A stretch of DNA of 64,000 nt from assembly GCA_043228905.1 (NCBI GenBank), contig JBHGNT010000022.1:372001-436000 (forward strand), given 5' to 3'. Origin of the DNA: Azolla caroliniana. Its lineage: Eukaryota; Plantae; Polypodiophyta. How positions within the stretch are numbered: position 1 is the stretch's first letter; each line of letters starts with the position of its first letter. A model generated the notes under the pieces. The model did not search any database and had not been told where the DNA came from. It worked only from the letters and a program-made list of their open reading frames with translations. The position numbers and the translations under genes are program-made. This document shows positions 1 through 11,661 of the stretch, in pieces.

Positions 1-1245
1 TCAGGTTTGGAGGGATGGTGGGGGTCAATCGTGTGACTAACGCCCTCCCAATGACCTTAGGTGCATGTGTTGCGACTGTGTCGGCCACATTCGGAGATTG
101 ATAGGTCAACAGACCTATGGAAGGTCTTAGAGGAGCGAATCCTCGATAACTAGGTGGAACTCTCGTTGAGGGAAGTATTGGGCATCACGAAGAAAGAGTT
201 CCATGACATAATTATCGACCTGGTGAAAAGGATGCAGCTCTCGACTGGGCCAAAAACGGAGAAACCGATCGAGGTAAATGCGGCGCTAATCGATGAAATG
301 GCAATGGAAGAGGAGTTGTCGGATAGCCAATACATGCAGACACATTGGGTAAGGGCGACGACAGAGACATCGGTCCGGATCGGAGACGTGACGGAGCCAG
401 TCATTGAGCTAATCGACCACGGGTCTGAGATTAATCTAATGTCGATGGCCTTTTATAAGAAGGGAAAGTGGTCCATCAACACAAAGCATAAGTGGAATAT
501 ACAAGAGGCAACCCATGCCAAATGTCTGAGTGAAGGTCAGCGACATCGATATCGACCGCCTATTCTTTATGTAGGAGTTATCCTACTACCCGGTCATATT
601 AGGTGAACCCTACATCACGGTGGCCCGTATGGAGACAAAGGTGTTGGACATTGGTTCAACATATGCTAGGGTAAAGAGCCAGGACGGTTCGCATTCCGTT
701 TAGTTCCTGACGGTTCGGTCGTATCACAGGCGGAACTGGGACTCTCTCCGCAGCAAAGGTCAAGAGGATTTTTGAAGAGGGTTATCAAGGTGTGGGGCCG
801 TGATAGTCCGGACAACCGGCCAATACCCCACACTTCTACATTAGGTAGGAAATTTTGGCTCTCTGACACCGAAGGTTGTACAGTAACTAGCATCGTCGTT
901 CAAGAGAAATGACAAGTCAAGAGGCGCTTGAAGGCATGCGGAGCCTTGGGACCCGACAACAGTATCAGCGGTGCCATGGAGGCTATCGCATTCGACAACA
1001 CCCTTGGGGAGATCAACAGGTTAATCAAGGAAGGTTGGAGTGAAGTTTAGATGATACCAGTCAACACAATCGACATGTACATGCAGATAGCGGAGTTCGA
1101 ATAGATGGTCAGCGCAGGTCGGACCATCCACGCACTTACCAAGTACAAGACTGTGGACCGGAAGGTGAGGCCACTTTTGGCACCCTTACCGGAGGATAAC
1201 TAGGAACGGATCAAAGGGGTCGTGATCGACCTGAGTTTGAGATGT
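1..1245 (+). mobile_element. Degenerate Ty3/Gypsy fragment (gag C-terminus, protease, frameshift site, pol N-terminus), same family as element B
   Basis: ORF 154..606 ELSLREVLGITKKEFHD...LIDHGSEINLMS is colinear with B 3998..4792. GGATTTT at 766-772 and KYKTVDRKVRP near 1141 follow. Many stops; cut at 1245 by the A LTR. Confidence 0.85.
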
Positions 1246-1906
1246 TGTCGTGAAAAATCCGTCACTACATGCGAATCATGAGGCGGAACCTCCAAGGTTC
1301 TGGACCGGAAGGATTCAAGGTTCAAGGTTCAAGTCTTGACTGCATCCTCTTGATTACAAATTTCTAATTGATTTTTTAGTCTAGATAATTTTGTTCGTTT
1401 CACACCGAAATCGTCGTGATTAACCTATCCGATCGATCTGTCTATTTGGTCCGCTTTCGACCCAGTGATCTGGTCTATCCGTTCTGGTTCCGTCGTCGTC
1501 TACCTCCGGCTCCGTCCAAAACACTATTTTGAATAACTTGGCCGCATCCATTCGTCCAAGTTACACAACCCAACCCTTCTGTGCTCTTAGCACTTAGATA
1601 AAATATAAAGAGATATGGCTCTAGTTATATACTTTTACATCCTAATGTTCTCCTATCTATGTGGGATATCTCACAACTTTGTTTTTCTCTTCTTCTTCTC
1701 AAACTTCATATTCACATAACTTGACACTAATTTGTCCATTTCACATGTAGTACAATGCATTCGGAAGCTCTTGAAGACATCCATCTTTTCATCAAGATAT
1801 GAAATAATATCTTCATTATTATTGTTCCATATTGTGTGTGAAGAACCACACTCGATTTTGAACATTCCATGCAATTTTCACACCGTGGGCGAAAATCTTT
1901 ACGACA
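1246..1906 (-). repeat. 3' LTR of element A (internally deleted relative to the solo LTR at 18781)
   Basis: TG...CA ends (TGTCGTAAAGATTTT...TTTTTCACGACA on minus). Both termini match the 18781-19908 solo LTR. Directly follows the PPT. Confidence 0.85.
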
Positions 1907-1923
1907 TCCACCCCCACCAAACC
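1907..1923 (-). promoter_or_regulatory. Polypurine tract of element A
   Basis: GGTTTGGTGGGGGTGGA on minus, abutting the LTR; identical to the B PPT at 8493-8509. Confidence 0.85.
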
Positions 1924-2194
1924 GCACGTCCTCCGATACGTGCCAAGAAGAGAGAATGTGAGATTTTGGCTACGGTGATCAATCATATTCCTCCACGTCC
2001 TCGTGTACATAACTCAAGTTTGTAGGTTCCGTCCTACTATCTTCATCGTCGAGGTGATTGAGGTCGGGATCCTCGTCTTGTCTTTTCTTGAAAATCTTTA
2101 CTCTTTTTCCCGCAATGGGTATGGCCAACCTTGATCCATCTAGCTTAGCAAGGTGGTTAGCGGCATTGTCGTTGGCACTTATCACTACATACAA

Positions 2195-2817
2195 TGTTGT
2201 GAAGAAAATCGGCCAGAAGCGGAATCGGCGAAGCAGGGCGAATGAACCGGCCCTACACTCTTCCACACCAATTAATACCTTGTACATAACTAGGAGTAGG
2301 ACGGTGGGTGTAAATAGGCTAGATGTGACGCATCGAATGTTTAGGAAATCAAGGAGTATCTCTGTCTGAAAGGACAGAGAATAAATTGATGAAAATGAGG
2401 GTGCAACGGCCTGCCTCGACGGCTTATAAAAGGGAAGGAAGAAGGCGAATGAAAAAAAATCACGTTTTGGGGTAGCGAGGACGAAGTGTTGTCGGACCGG
2501 GACCGAGCTCTCTCTTCCATCATTCGTCATTCTCTACAGGATTTTGGACTAAGTTGCCTCTGCTTCATGGACAGCCCATGTGCTTCCGATAGAGGCTCCA
2601 CAGTGCAGTCGGGGTGTGTGTGTGTGTTCGCCTGAGTTGGGCCCTTTGCTAGCTTGTCTGTTGTAATCGTTATTGATTTTGTAATTAAGACTTTGTTCTC
2701 TCATTCTCCCTCTGTGTTTCTGTAAATTGCTCTCTCTCTCTCTTCTTTCACACGCTCCTTGGTTCAAGGCCCCCGCGGTCCCGCCTCCTTCCACACGAAG
2801 AGCGTAACAGCTCGATA
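2195..2817 (+). repeat. 5' LTR of element B
   Basis: Direct repeat of 8510-9143; TATAAAA near 2426; starts TGTTGTGAAG, ends CTCGATA. Confidence 0.92.
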
Positions 2818-2821
2818 TATT

Positions 2822-2839
2822 TGGTGAACCCGACGTGAA
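2822..2839 (+). promoter_or_regulatory. Primer binding site complementary to tRNA-Trp
   Basis: TGGTGAACCCGACGTGAA is the reverse complement of the plant tRNA-Trp 3' end TTCACGTCGGGTTCACCA (tRNA sequence recalled from memory). Confidence 0.85.
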
Positions 2840-2861
2840 ACAGGCGGCAAAGGAGTGAAGG

Positions 2862-4982
2862 ATGAGGGGATCCGAGTTTGTTGAAGCTATGGCCATAGCC
2901 GTCGACCGGCTAGTGAGCGCTCGCGAGGGAACGGGTGCCCTCGACAGGGCCATTGAGTCGATCGTCGGAACCATAGGTCGATTCAGTGGGAAGAATGCCA
3001 CGAGCTACTTGGAGGCCTACCGGGCCGAAATGATCATGAGGGATACCTCGGTGGATAGGCAGTTGTCTGGATTCCCTCTGGTGGTGAAGCCGAGCATCCA
3101 CGCAGAGGTGCTCGAGGTGTTGGCCGGATGCCAGACTTGGGAGGAGTTCGAGTTGCGGCTCCTCGAGATGTATGGGTTCGATGACTCCCTTAGGTTGTTG
3201 AAGCGAGACTTCATGGCGTGGGTTGAGAGGCCTAGGAAGGGGAGGAACATGTCGGTGCTCCTCCAGGAGTTCGAGAAACGGTTCGCACGACTGTCAACGT
3301 TGGACCGGACCGTGCTCGACACAAGCCGAGTACTACTATTCGTCAAGTCGGTGGACGCCGTGGACCGGGAGAAGGTGGGTCTCCTGTTAGAAACGGATGA
3401 TCGGCTCACGGTAGACTGGGCCATGGTAAGGAGGGTTTGTGGTCATTTCGACAAGCGCCGCGAGTGGAGCGACGAGGGCTCGTCGGCGGCGAGGCCGGTC
3501 CCGGCGAGGGAGCTCGAGGAGCCGGTGTCGGTACCGGCTAGGAAGGAAGAAACTCGGAGTTGGCTTGAGACGGGCTCAACCCCGAGCGGAGTGGTCAAAG
3601 GTCCCTCCGGAGGGGCGGCTCTAGAAGAGCTGTCGCAGATGGTGCGAGATCTCCAAATCGCACAGGCCCGGAGGGACAGCGGCGAATCGTCTCGTGACCG
3701 AAGGCCGCCGGCGGGGCAGCGGTGCATGTGGTGCGACACAGTCGGCCACATCAGGAAAGAATGCGCGGATTTCACCGAGGCACTCAGGACCAACGTGGTG
3801 TACCTCCGGAATGGGCGGGTGCACGCGAGTGAGACCCAGAAAGCCCTAGGGTTGAATACAGGGCACGGCGGAATGAAGCGGTTGATGGAAGAGGCCGCGG
3901 CACGACACGCAAAGGCCATCAACTACTCGGCGTCATCGGGAATCCGGGTCGGGGTGATGAGTCCCGGAAAGCGAAGGACTCCAGATTCTGGCCACTAGTG
4001 CTAGAGGGTCTCTCTGGAGTATGGCTGAAGAAGGAAGAGGCAGACCGCACGGAACAGTGGATCCGAGAGGTCACCGGATGGGACAACCTAGTGGAAGAAA
4101 ACACTGGCTTCGTGGCAGCCGCATGCCAGAACTACGAGGTTCTGGTAGAAGACAAGCGTGCGGGAAAGGCCCGAGGGGGTGGCCCCTCGCAGCGGTACGA
4201 GACCCAGTTCGGACCGAAGCCGAATGAGGCAGCCAACGACGGCGCACCGGAGAAGAAGAAGCAGACTGGTTTCCGGCTGAGCACCGAAATCGAACAAACA
4301 ATGGACCTACGGAAGGTCCTGGAAGAGAGAATTCTCGACAGCAAGATCGAGTTGTCGTTACGGGAGGTGCTAGGAATCGCCAAGAAGGAGTTCCACGACT
4401 CCATCATGGACTTGGTCAAGCGGAAGAGGCTCTCGACGGAGCCGGAGCCAGAGAGGCCGGTGGAAGTGCGGATGGCGCACTTAGAAGACACGGCCCTAGA
4501 GGATGAGTTGGCAGAAAGCCACTATGCAAAGCCACATTGGGCTAGGGCCACTACGGAAACCCCTGTTCGGGTCGGCGACGTCCAAGAGCCGGTGGTGGCA
4601 TTGGTAGACCACGGTTCAGGGATCAACCTAATGTCCATGGACTTCTATAAAAAGGGGAAATGGCCGATTAACACCAAGCACGGGTGGAAGATACGCTCGT
4701 CGACGCGCGCTACAAAGGAGCTGCATGGTGCGTGCCCGAACGTACGCATGAAGATCGGCGACGTCGATATAGATCAACATTTCTTCGTGTAGGAGACTTC
4801 CTCGCACCCGGTAATTCTCAATGAACCATACATTACGGCCGCACGCATGGAGACGAAAGCATTCGGCGTATGCGCGCGTCAAGAGCCAAGACGGTCGGCA
4901 TTCCGTCCAATTCATGACAGTATGACCCAACCACAAGCGAAACCACGAGACCCTCGGCAGCGACAGCCGAGGGGATTTTTAG
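2862..4982 (+). pseudogene. gag-protease of element B (frameshifted, premature stops)
   Basis: ORF 2862..3998 has CCHC knuckle CMWCDTVGHIRKEC. ORF 3998..4792 has protease motif LVDHGSGINLM. The natural stop TAG 4980-4982 follows the slippery site. Confidence 0.88.
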
Positions 4983-7900
4983 AGAGGGCTATCAAGGCGT
5001 GGGGCCGCGATAGTCCGGACACCCCGAAAGAACCCCACACATGTATTATAGGTAGGAAATTTTGGCTCTCTAAAAACGGAGGTTGTACATTAACCAACAT
5101 CAGTAGCTAGGAGAGGAAGCGGGCGAAGAGACGACTTAGGGTGTGTGGAGTCCTCTCCCCCGACGAAGAAATTAGCGGCGCCGTGGAGGCGTTCTCTTTC
5201 GACAACACCTTGGGCGAATTACGAAAGGTGGTCGGTGAAGGCCTTAGCGAAGGCCGGACCGTTCCGGTTAGCTCGATGGGAATGGACGAAGTCATCGTGC
5301 ACTTCGGGGAGAGGATCGGGTCGGATCGAACGACCCGCGTGGATACAAAGTATAAGACTGTGAACCGGAAGGTGAGGCCAGTTGCGGCACCCTTGCCGGA
5401 GGGCAGCGGAGGGCAGATAAAAGGGGTTGCATCAGACCCAAGTTTACGGAATCCAGCTGGCATAGGGCACCGGTTCACCGACATAATGCTACGAGAGCTC
5501 AAGGTTGGTGGGGGTGGCTTTCTACTGCCGAAGGAGGAGGACTGGTTTCGGAGGATGCTTGGAAGGCACGGGAAGGCATTCGCATTCTCACCGGGGGAGA
5601 TCGGGTGCATAGACCCGACAGTCGTCGAGCCAATGGTGATCTTCACGGTACCGCATGTGCCGTGGAATCTCAAACCGATTCGAGTGTCCACAGCTCACAT
5701 CCCAATGTTGATGGAGCTTGTGAAGCAAAACGTGAATATGGGCATCCTCGAACCGTTGAATGCCCCATACTCGAATCGGTGGTTCACGGTGCCAAAAAAG
5801 AACGGCACATTGCGCTTCATATAGGACCTACAACCGGTCAACAAGGTGACCATCCGTAACGTAGGAATTGGGCCGACCATAGACGAGTTCGCGGAGGCCT
5901 TCGCTGGAAGATCGATCTATTCGGTCAATGACTTATACTCGAGGTACGACCAGTTCCAACTAGCCGTAGAAAGCAGGGACATCATGACAATGCGAACTCC
6001 TCTCGGCTTGGTGCGGATGTGTACCCTACCACAAGGAGGAACGAATTCGGTGGCGCACATGGTCAACACAATGAACAAGATGTTGAGGGACTACATCCTA
6101 GACATCACTATGCCGTTCCTAGACGACGTACCGATAAAAGGGTGTCCGGTGGAGGATGCAGACGGAACAGTCGGGCTGGACGGATGCCGAAGGTTCGTCG
6201 TGAACCACATCAACGACTGCGATAAGGTGCTACAGAGGCTCAAGAGCGCGCGGCTCACCTTCTCCGGAGAGAAATCAGCGTTCGGGCAGACGGAGATCCT
6301 AGTAGTCGGACACCTGTGCGGACCCTATGGACAGAAATCGTCCCCAACAAAGGTAGAAGCCATCTCCGTGATGAAGGAAAATTGCGGGTCGGTTATAGAG
6401 TTCTGCATATTCTTGGGTGCGTGCGCGTTCTACCACATCTGGATTCCGCACTACGCACATGTTGTGGAACCGCTCTACGGGCTATTGAAGAAAGGGCGTA
6501 CGTTCGAGTGGAGGACGGAGCACACGGAGTCGGTCCGGAGACTGAAGGAGGCGCTTGCTACGGCACCGGCTCTCCGGAAAGTGGTTTACGGCAACGAAGT
6601 CCCCATCTACGTGACGGTGGACACGAGCCCAACTAGGATCGGGTGGGTGATCAGTCAGGAGGACAAGGACAACGTACGGTTCCCGATCCGGTTCAGGTCG
6701 AAAGTATTGAGCGAGCGGCAGCAAGGATACGCCCATGTTAAGCACCAGTTATGGGTATCGTTTCGGTAGTTAAGGCCAACAAAGACTATCTGATCGAGAC
6801 GGAAGTAATCATCAAGACGGACTGCCTACCGATTCTGGGTATGGTTTCCGAATACGCGACTCTGGACCTGGCAATGCTCCGGTGGATAGTGTACGTCAAG
6901 TCCCTGAATCCAGAAATATGACACTATTCCGGAAAGGACAACACCATGGCCGACATGCTTTCGAGGGCGCGGTTCAGCAACGAGGACGGCATGGTTTCGG
7001 AAGACGTAGAAGTCGGCGAGGACTTTTTCGGATCAGCTGGCGTGACAACTGGGACAGGGAGCAGTCCGGCGGCGCTTAACGAGTTCGACGAGAGTGAATA
7101 CGACGAAGAGTGGCTCCGAATTGGGAGGTTCCTACGGACGATGATGTTGGACGCGGCGTGGACGAGAGAAGAGGCCTGCTAGGTGCGGAAGAAGGTGTAC
7201 CGATTCTTCCTATGGGAAGGGCACATATGGAAGCACCGAAAGAAGCGAAGTGGCACCCCACTCCACATAGTAGCGAGGGAGGACGAGCAGAAAGCGCTGC
7301 TTATGGCGTACCACGAGAGCCCTTGGGCCGGACACCGCGGGACATGGGCCACATTCGAGAAGCTGAAGGGGAGGTACTGGTGGCCGGGACTATATCGGGA
7401 TGTGCATCGGTTCTTAACAACTTGCGAAAGTTGTCACATGCACTCCATAGTCCGACAGCGAGACGACCTTCACCTGACCTACCCTCCGACCGTCCACTTC
7501 AAGTGGATGGTGGATCTGGTGACGATGCCGATGGGGGTGGGGCAAATGCAATATATGGTGCTGGCTCAGGAGGACCTAACAAACCAGGTGGAAGGCCGAG
7601 CGTTGCAGAACAAAACGACCGCGGCCGTGTGCCGGTTTCAAATCGAAGACGTGGTATGTGGGTACGGGTGCGTCGGCAAGATCGTGGCCGACCGCGGAGA
7701 ACTAGGCGCGCAAGAGGCTGAAGAGTTGTTTGACCGGCTAGGGGTTAAACTCTCGCTCACCACGGCGTACAATCCGGAGGCTAACGGAAAGGTGGAACGC
7801 GGACACGGACCAATCGTCAAAGCGTTGGTATGGGCGTGTAGAGGCCAAGTCGGAAACTGGTCGCGGCTCTTACCCTATGCGTTGTGGGCGGACCGGACTA

Positions 7901-8445
7901 CGCACAGTTCGGTGACGGGGTTCATGCCGGCGGAACTAATGTACGGGCAGAAGCCAATCATGCCGGTGGAATGGAAGATTTCTTCGTGGGCCGCGGTGGG
8001 CGGGAAGGACAAAATGAGCCGGGAAGAGTTGTTGGCGGCACAGATCCGGCAACTTGAGCGGAGGCCGGAGGACGTGGAACGGGCGAAGGAGAAGCTGCAT
8101 GTGGCAAGGGAATGAAACAAAACCCAGTTCGACCAGACGCACCGGCTACAACCGAAGAAGATCGAGGAAGCCGACTGGGTGCTGGTTTACGACAGCAGCC
8201 TCGACAACCAGCACAAGGCAAGCTGCAAATTCGCGAGAAGGTGGTTCAAGCCCTACGCGGTGACGAGCACGAACAACAACGGCACGTACCATCTTGCAGA
8301 GCTCGACGGGACACGATTGGCGGTGCCGGTAGCCGGGAAGCGGATTAAAGCGTTCAAGAAGTGGTACGAAGACAAGCCGGAGTGGGGGAGCGATAACAAC
8401 GACAATCGGTTCAGGGACGCCGATAATTCGGAGAGTGATGAGTGA
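4973..8445 (+). pseudogene. RT-RNaseH-integrase of element B (stops and frameshifts)
   Basis: RT motifs YSNRWFTVPKKNG, LPQGGTNS and PFLDD; RH TVDTSP; INT HHCC zinc finger (HESPWAGH...CESC), catalytic core (WMVDL, ADRGE, NGKVER). Confidence 0.92.
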
Positions 8446-8509
8446 ACGCGAGCCGGTTTTCTCCGGTATCTGTCCCTCTCCGCTGGATGCTCGGTTTGGT
8501 GGGGGTGGA

Positions 8510-9143
8510 TGTCATGAAGAAAACCGGCCAGAAGTGGAATTGGCAATGCATGGCACATGAACCGGCCCTACACTTTTCCACACCAATTAATACCTTGTAC
8601 ATAACTAGGAGTAGGACGGTGGGTGTAAATAGGCTAGATGTGACGCATCGAATGTCTAGGAAATCAAGGAGTATCTCTGTCTCAAAGGACAGAGAATAAA
8701 TTGATGAAAACGAGGGTGCAACGGCCTGCCTCGACGGCCTATAAAAGGGAAGGAAGAAGGCAGATGAAAAAAAAATCACGTTTTGGGGTAGCGAGGACGA
8801 AGTGTTGTCGGAGTGGGACCGAGCTCTCTCCTCCATCGTTCGTCATTCTCTGCAGGATTTTGGACTGAGTTGCCTCTGCTTCGTGGACAGCCCATGTGCT
8901 TCCGGTAGAGGCTCCACAGTGCAGTCGGGGTGTGTGTGTGTGTGTGTGTGTCCGCCTGAGTTGGGCCCTTTGCCGGCTTGCCGGTTGTAATCGTTATTGA
9001 TTTTGTAATTAAGACTTTGTTCTCTCATTCTCCCTCTGTGTTTCTGCAAGCTGCTCTCTCTCTCTCTTCTTTCACACGCTCCTTAGTTCAAGGCCCCCGC
9101 GGTCCCGCCTCCTTCCACACGCGAAGAGCGTAACAACTCGATA
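8510..9143 (+). repeat. 3' LTR of element B
   Basis: Direct repeat of 2195-2817, preceded by PPT GGTTTGGTGGGGGTGGA (8493-8509). Confidence 0.92.
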
Positions 9144-9147
9144 ACGG

Positions 9148-10896
9148 TCTGAACCATCTTCTTGCGAACTTTCTTGTTGTACTATGTTGATTGTCAAGGC
9201 TGATGTCGTAAAACAATACCCAATCTCCTTCTTCGATCTTCTTGGGACACAGTCGATGCGTCTTGTCGAACCGATTTTTGTTCTTAACTCGGGCTGCCTC
9301 CATCATCTTTCGCGCTTTTTCTAGATCTTCAAGTCTCCTTTCAAGTTGCCTTATCCGTGCCGCTAATAATTCTTCTTGGCCCATCTCGTTCTCCGATGGT
9401 ATCGCGACCCATGAGGCGATCGTCCTTTCGATAGGCATTACCGGTTTTTGTCCATACATAAGCTCCGCTGGAATATACCCTGTCACTGAACTAAGTGTAG
9501 TTCTATCGGCCCACAAGGCATAGGGCAATAGTCGTGGCCAATTCTCGACTCGACCATTGCATGCTCGTACGATGGCTTTGACGATTGGTCAATGCCCTCG
9601 CTCGATCTTCCCATTCGCTTCTGGATTGTAGGCGGTCGTGAGGGAGAGCTTCAAGCCTAGTCGATCGAAGAGCTCCGTTGCTTCGCGTGCATCCAACTCC
9701 CCTCAATCAGCCACTATCTTTCCCACACATCCGTATCGGCAAACAACCTCTTCGAGTAGAAATTTACAAACATCTAACGTCGTCTTATTTGCCAAAGCCC
9801 GTCCTTCCACTTGATTTGTCAAGTCTTCTCTTGCTAGTATTAAGTACTTCATTTGTCCCACACCCATTGGAATCGAGACCAGATCCACCATCCATTTGAA
9901 GTGTATTGTGAGCAGGTATGTCGGTCGTAACTCATCACGATGACGTATGTTCGAATGTACTTGGCAAGTTTTGCATGTGGACACGAAATGGAGTACATCT
10001 TTGTACATGCTTGGCCACAAATACTTTTCCTTCAACTTTTCGAACGTCGCCCATGTTCCTCTACGACCCGCCCAAGGACTGTTGTGGAATTTGGTCATTA
10101 GCGTCACTTGCTCTTCTTTCTTCACCACCACCCGACGTGGTATTCATGTCCTTCTTTTTAGGTGTCGCTAGAGGAATCCTCCCTTGAGGAAGTATTGGTA
10201 AGCTTTCTTCCAGATTCGTAGAGCCTCCTCTTTCGTCAATGAAGCATCCGTCGGCATTGTTCTTAAGAATCTGCCGATTGGTAACCACTCTCCTTTGTAC
10301 TGTCCTCGTTGAAGGAGTGGAGGGTTAGCGTGTCCTTGTCTTCCGCCAATAGTCGAACCATCTTGAAGAAATCGAGGGTGACGTCTTCATCTTCCAAAAC
10401 CATGTTGCCTCCATTCTCAAATATTGCCCTCGACAGCATGTCAACCATGGTGTTCTTCTTCCCTGCAATGTGGCGGATCTCTAGGCTTAAAGACTTGATA
10501 TAGGCGATCCACCTTAGCATAGCTAGATCTAGGGTCGCACATCCTGAGATCATCACGAGGATTGGGAGACAATCGGTCTCAATTGTCACTTCCGACCCGA
10601 TTAGGTAGTCTTTGTCCGTCTTCACTGCCGACACAATACCCCAAAGTTCCTGCTTTACTTGGGTGTATCCTCATTGTCGTTCGTTGAGACCCTCTACTCC
10701 GAACCGGATGGCATACCGCGCATTATCTTCTCCTTCTTGGTTGATGACCCACCCGATTCCGGTTGGGCTCGTATCTACAGTCACATAAATTGGCTTCCCT
10801 TCAGTATAGTCAGCCTTTCTTAGTGTTGGAGCTTCAAGAAGTAGTTTCTTCAATCTTCGCATCGTGTTTGTGTGCTCTTCTCGCCTTTCGAACTTC
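9148..10896 (-). pseudogene. RNaseH/integrase region of element A
   Basis: ORFs 10671.., 10263..10634, 9703..10131 and 9088..9528 (TVDTSPTGIGW, HFKWMVDLV, YALWADRTT) are homologous to B pol. Confidence 0.9.
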
Positions 10897-10989
10897 ATTC
10901 TTGTTAGGAAACAGGTCCCTCCGGATGGGAAGTGAGAAGAACAGTGTTGATGAGAAAACTCGGTTGAGGCCGATAGGCCGAGGCCAAAT

Positions 10990-11180
10990 CCGGATGTGGA
11001 GTACCCAGCAACTGAAGAACCGGTGAGAACCGAATGACGAGTACCCGGCAACGGAAGACCCGATGAGAACCAGATGTGGAGTACCCGGCAACGGAATACC
11101 CGGTGAGAACCGGATGACAAGTACCCGGCAATGGAAGACCCGGTGAGAACCGGATGTTGCAGGCCCGGTGAGAACCTCTC
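10990..11180 (+). repeat. Tandem repeat (~38-bp unit, ~5 copies) in Copia LTR U3
   Basis: Recurrent GTACCCGGCAACGGAAGACCCGGTGAGAACCGGATG. Confidence 0.8.
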
Positions 11181-11661
11181 ATCGGATGGAAGGGACATAT
11201 ATGTAAATATGTTCCAGAGAGCCCACTGGGGCTATATTTGTAAATAGCCCGAAAGTCATATTAGTATAAATATGACCTAGGGCAAACCTAATAGTGATGA
11301 TGATAGAGTTATTGGTGTAACGACTGTACAGAGAGAGAGATAGAGAGAGCGATACAGAGCATGTCTCTGTTGTAACCGCCGTTAAGCGAAGATTGTGAGC
11401 AAGAGGTCGTTGCCTCTGTGCTCCCTGTTGTATTACTTTATAGAGTTATAGTTTGGAGTCTGTGGACTCCCATGGTTTTTTCCCTCTCACGGTTTTCCAT
11501 GTTAATATCCTGTGTATTCTCTTTCTGTTTTGTCGACTTACCTCCATTTCCATTTCGTCTGTGTTTTGATTGTCATCAAGTGATCTACGCTTCGGTTGTG
11601 GCTGGAGATTATTCCACGTATTTCATGTCAAACTGGTATCAGAGCGAAACGACACAGAAAA

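Larger units (their letters stand above)
2195..9143 (+). mobile_element. Full-length but decayed Ty3/Gypsy element B (~6.95 kb)
   Basis: Two LTRs, PBS, PPT and gag-PR-RT-RH-INT order. 4-bp TSD ACAA (2191-2194) / ACGG (9144-9147); the left copy is consistent with deamination decay. Confidence 0.95.

Noticed and set aside
1979-2530. 183-aa ORF and its twin at 8411..8836
   Set aside because: Antisense read-through of the B LTR; in the first case fused to the A integrase tail.
10990-11180. CRISPR-like array
   Set aside because: No unique spacers; tandem repeat within a plant LTR.
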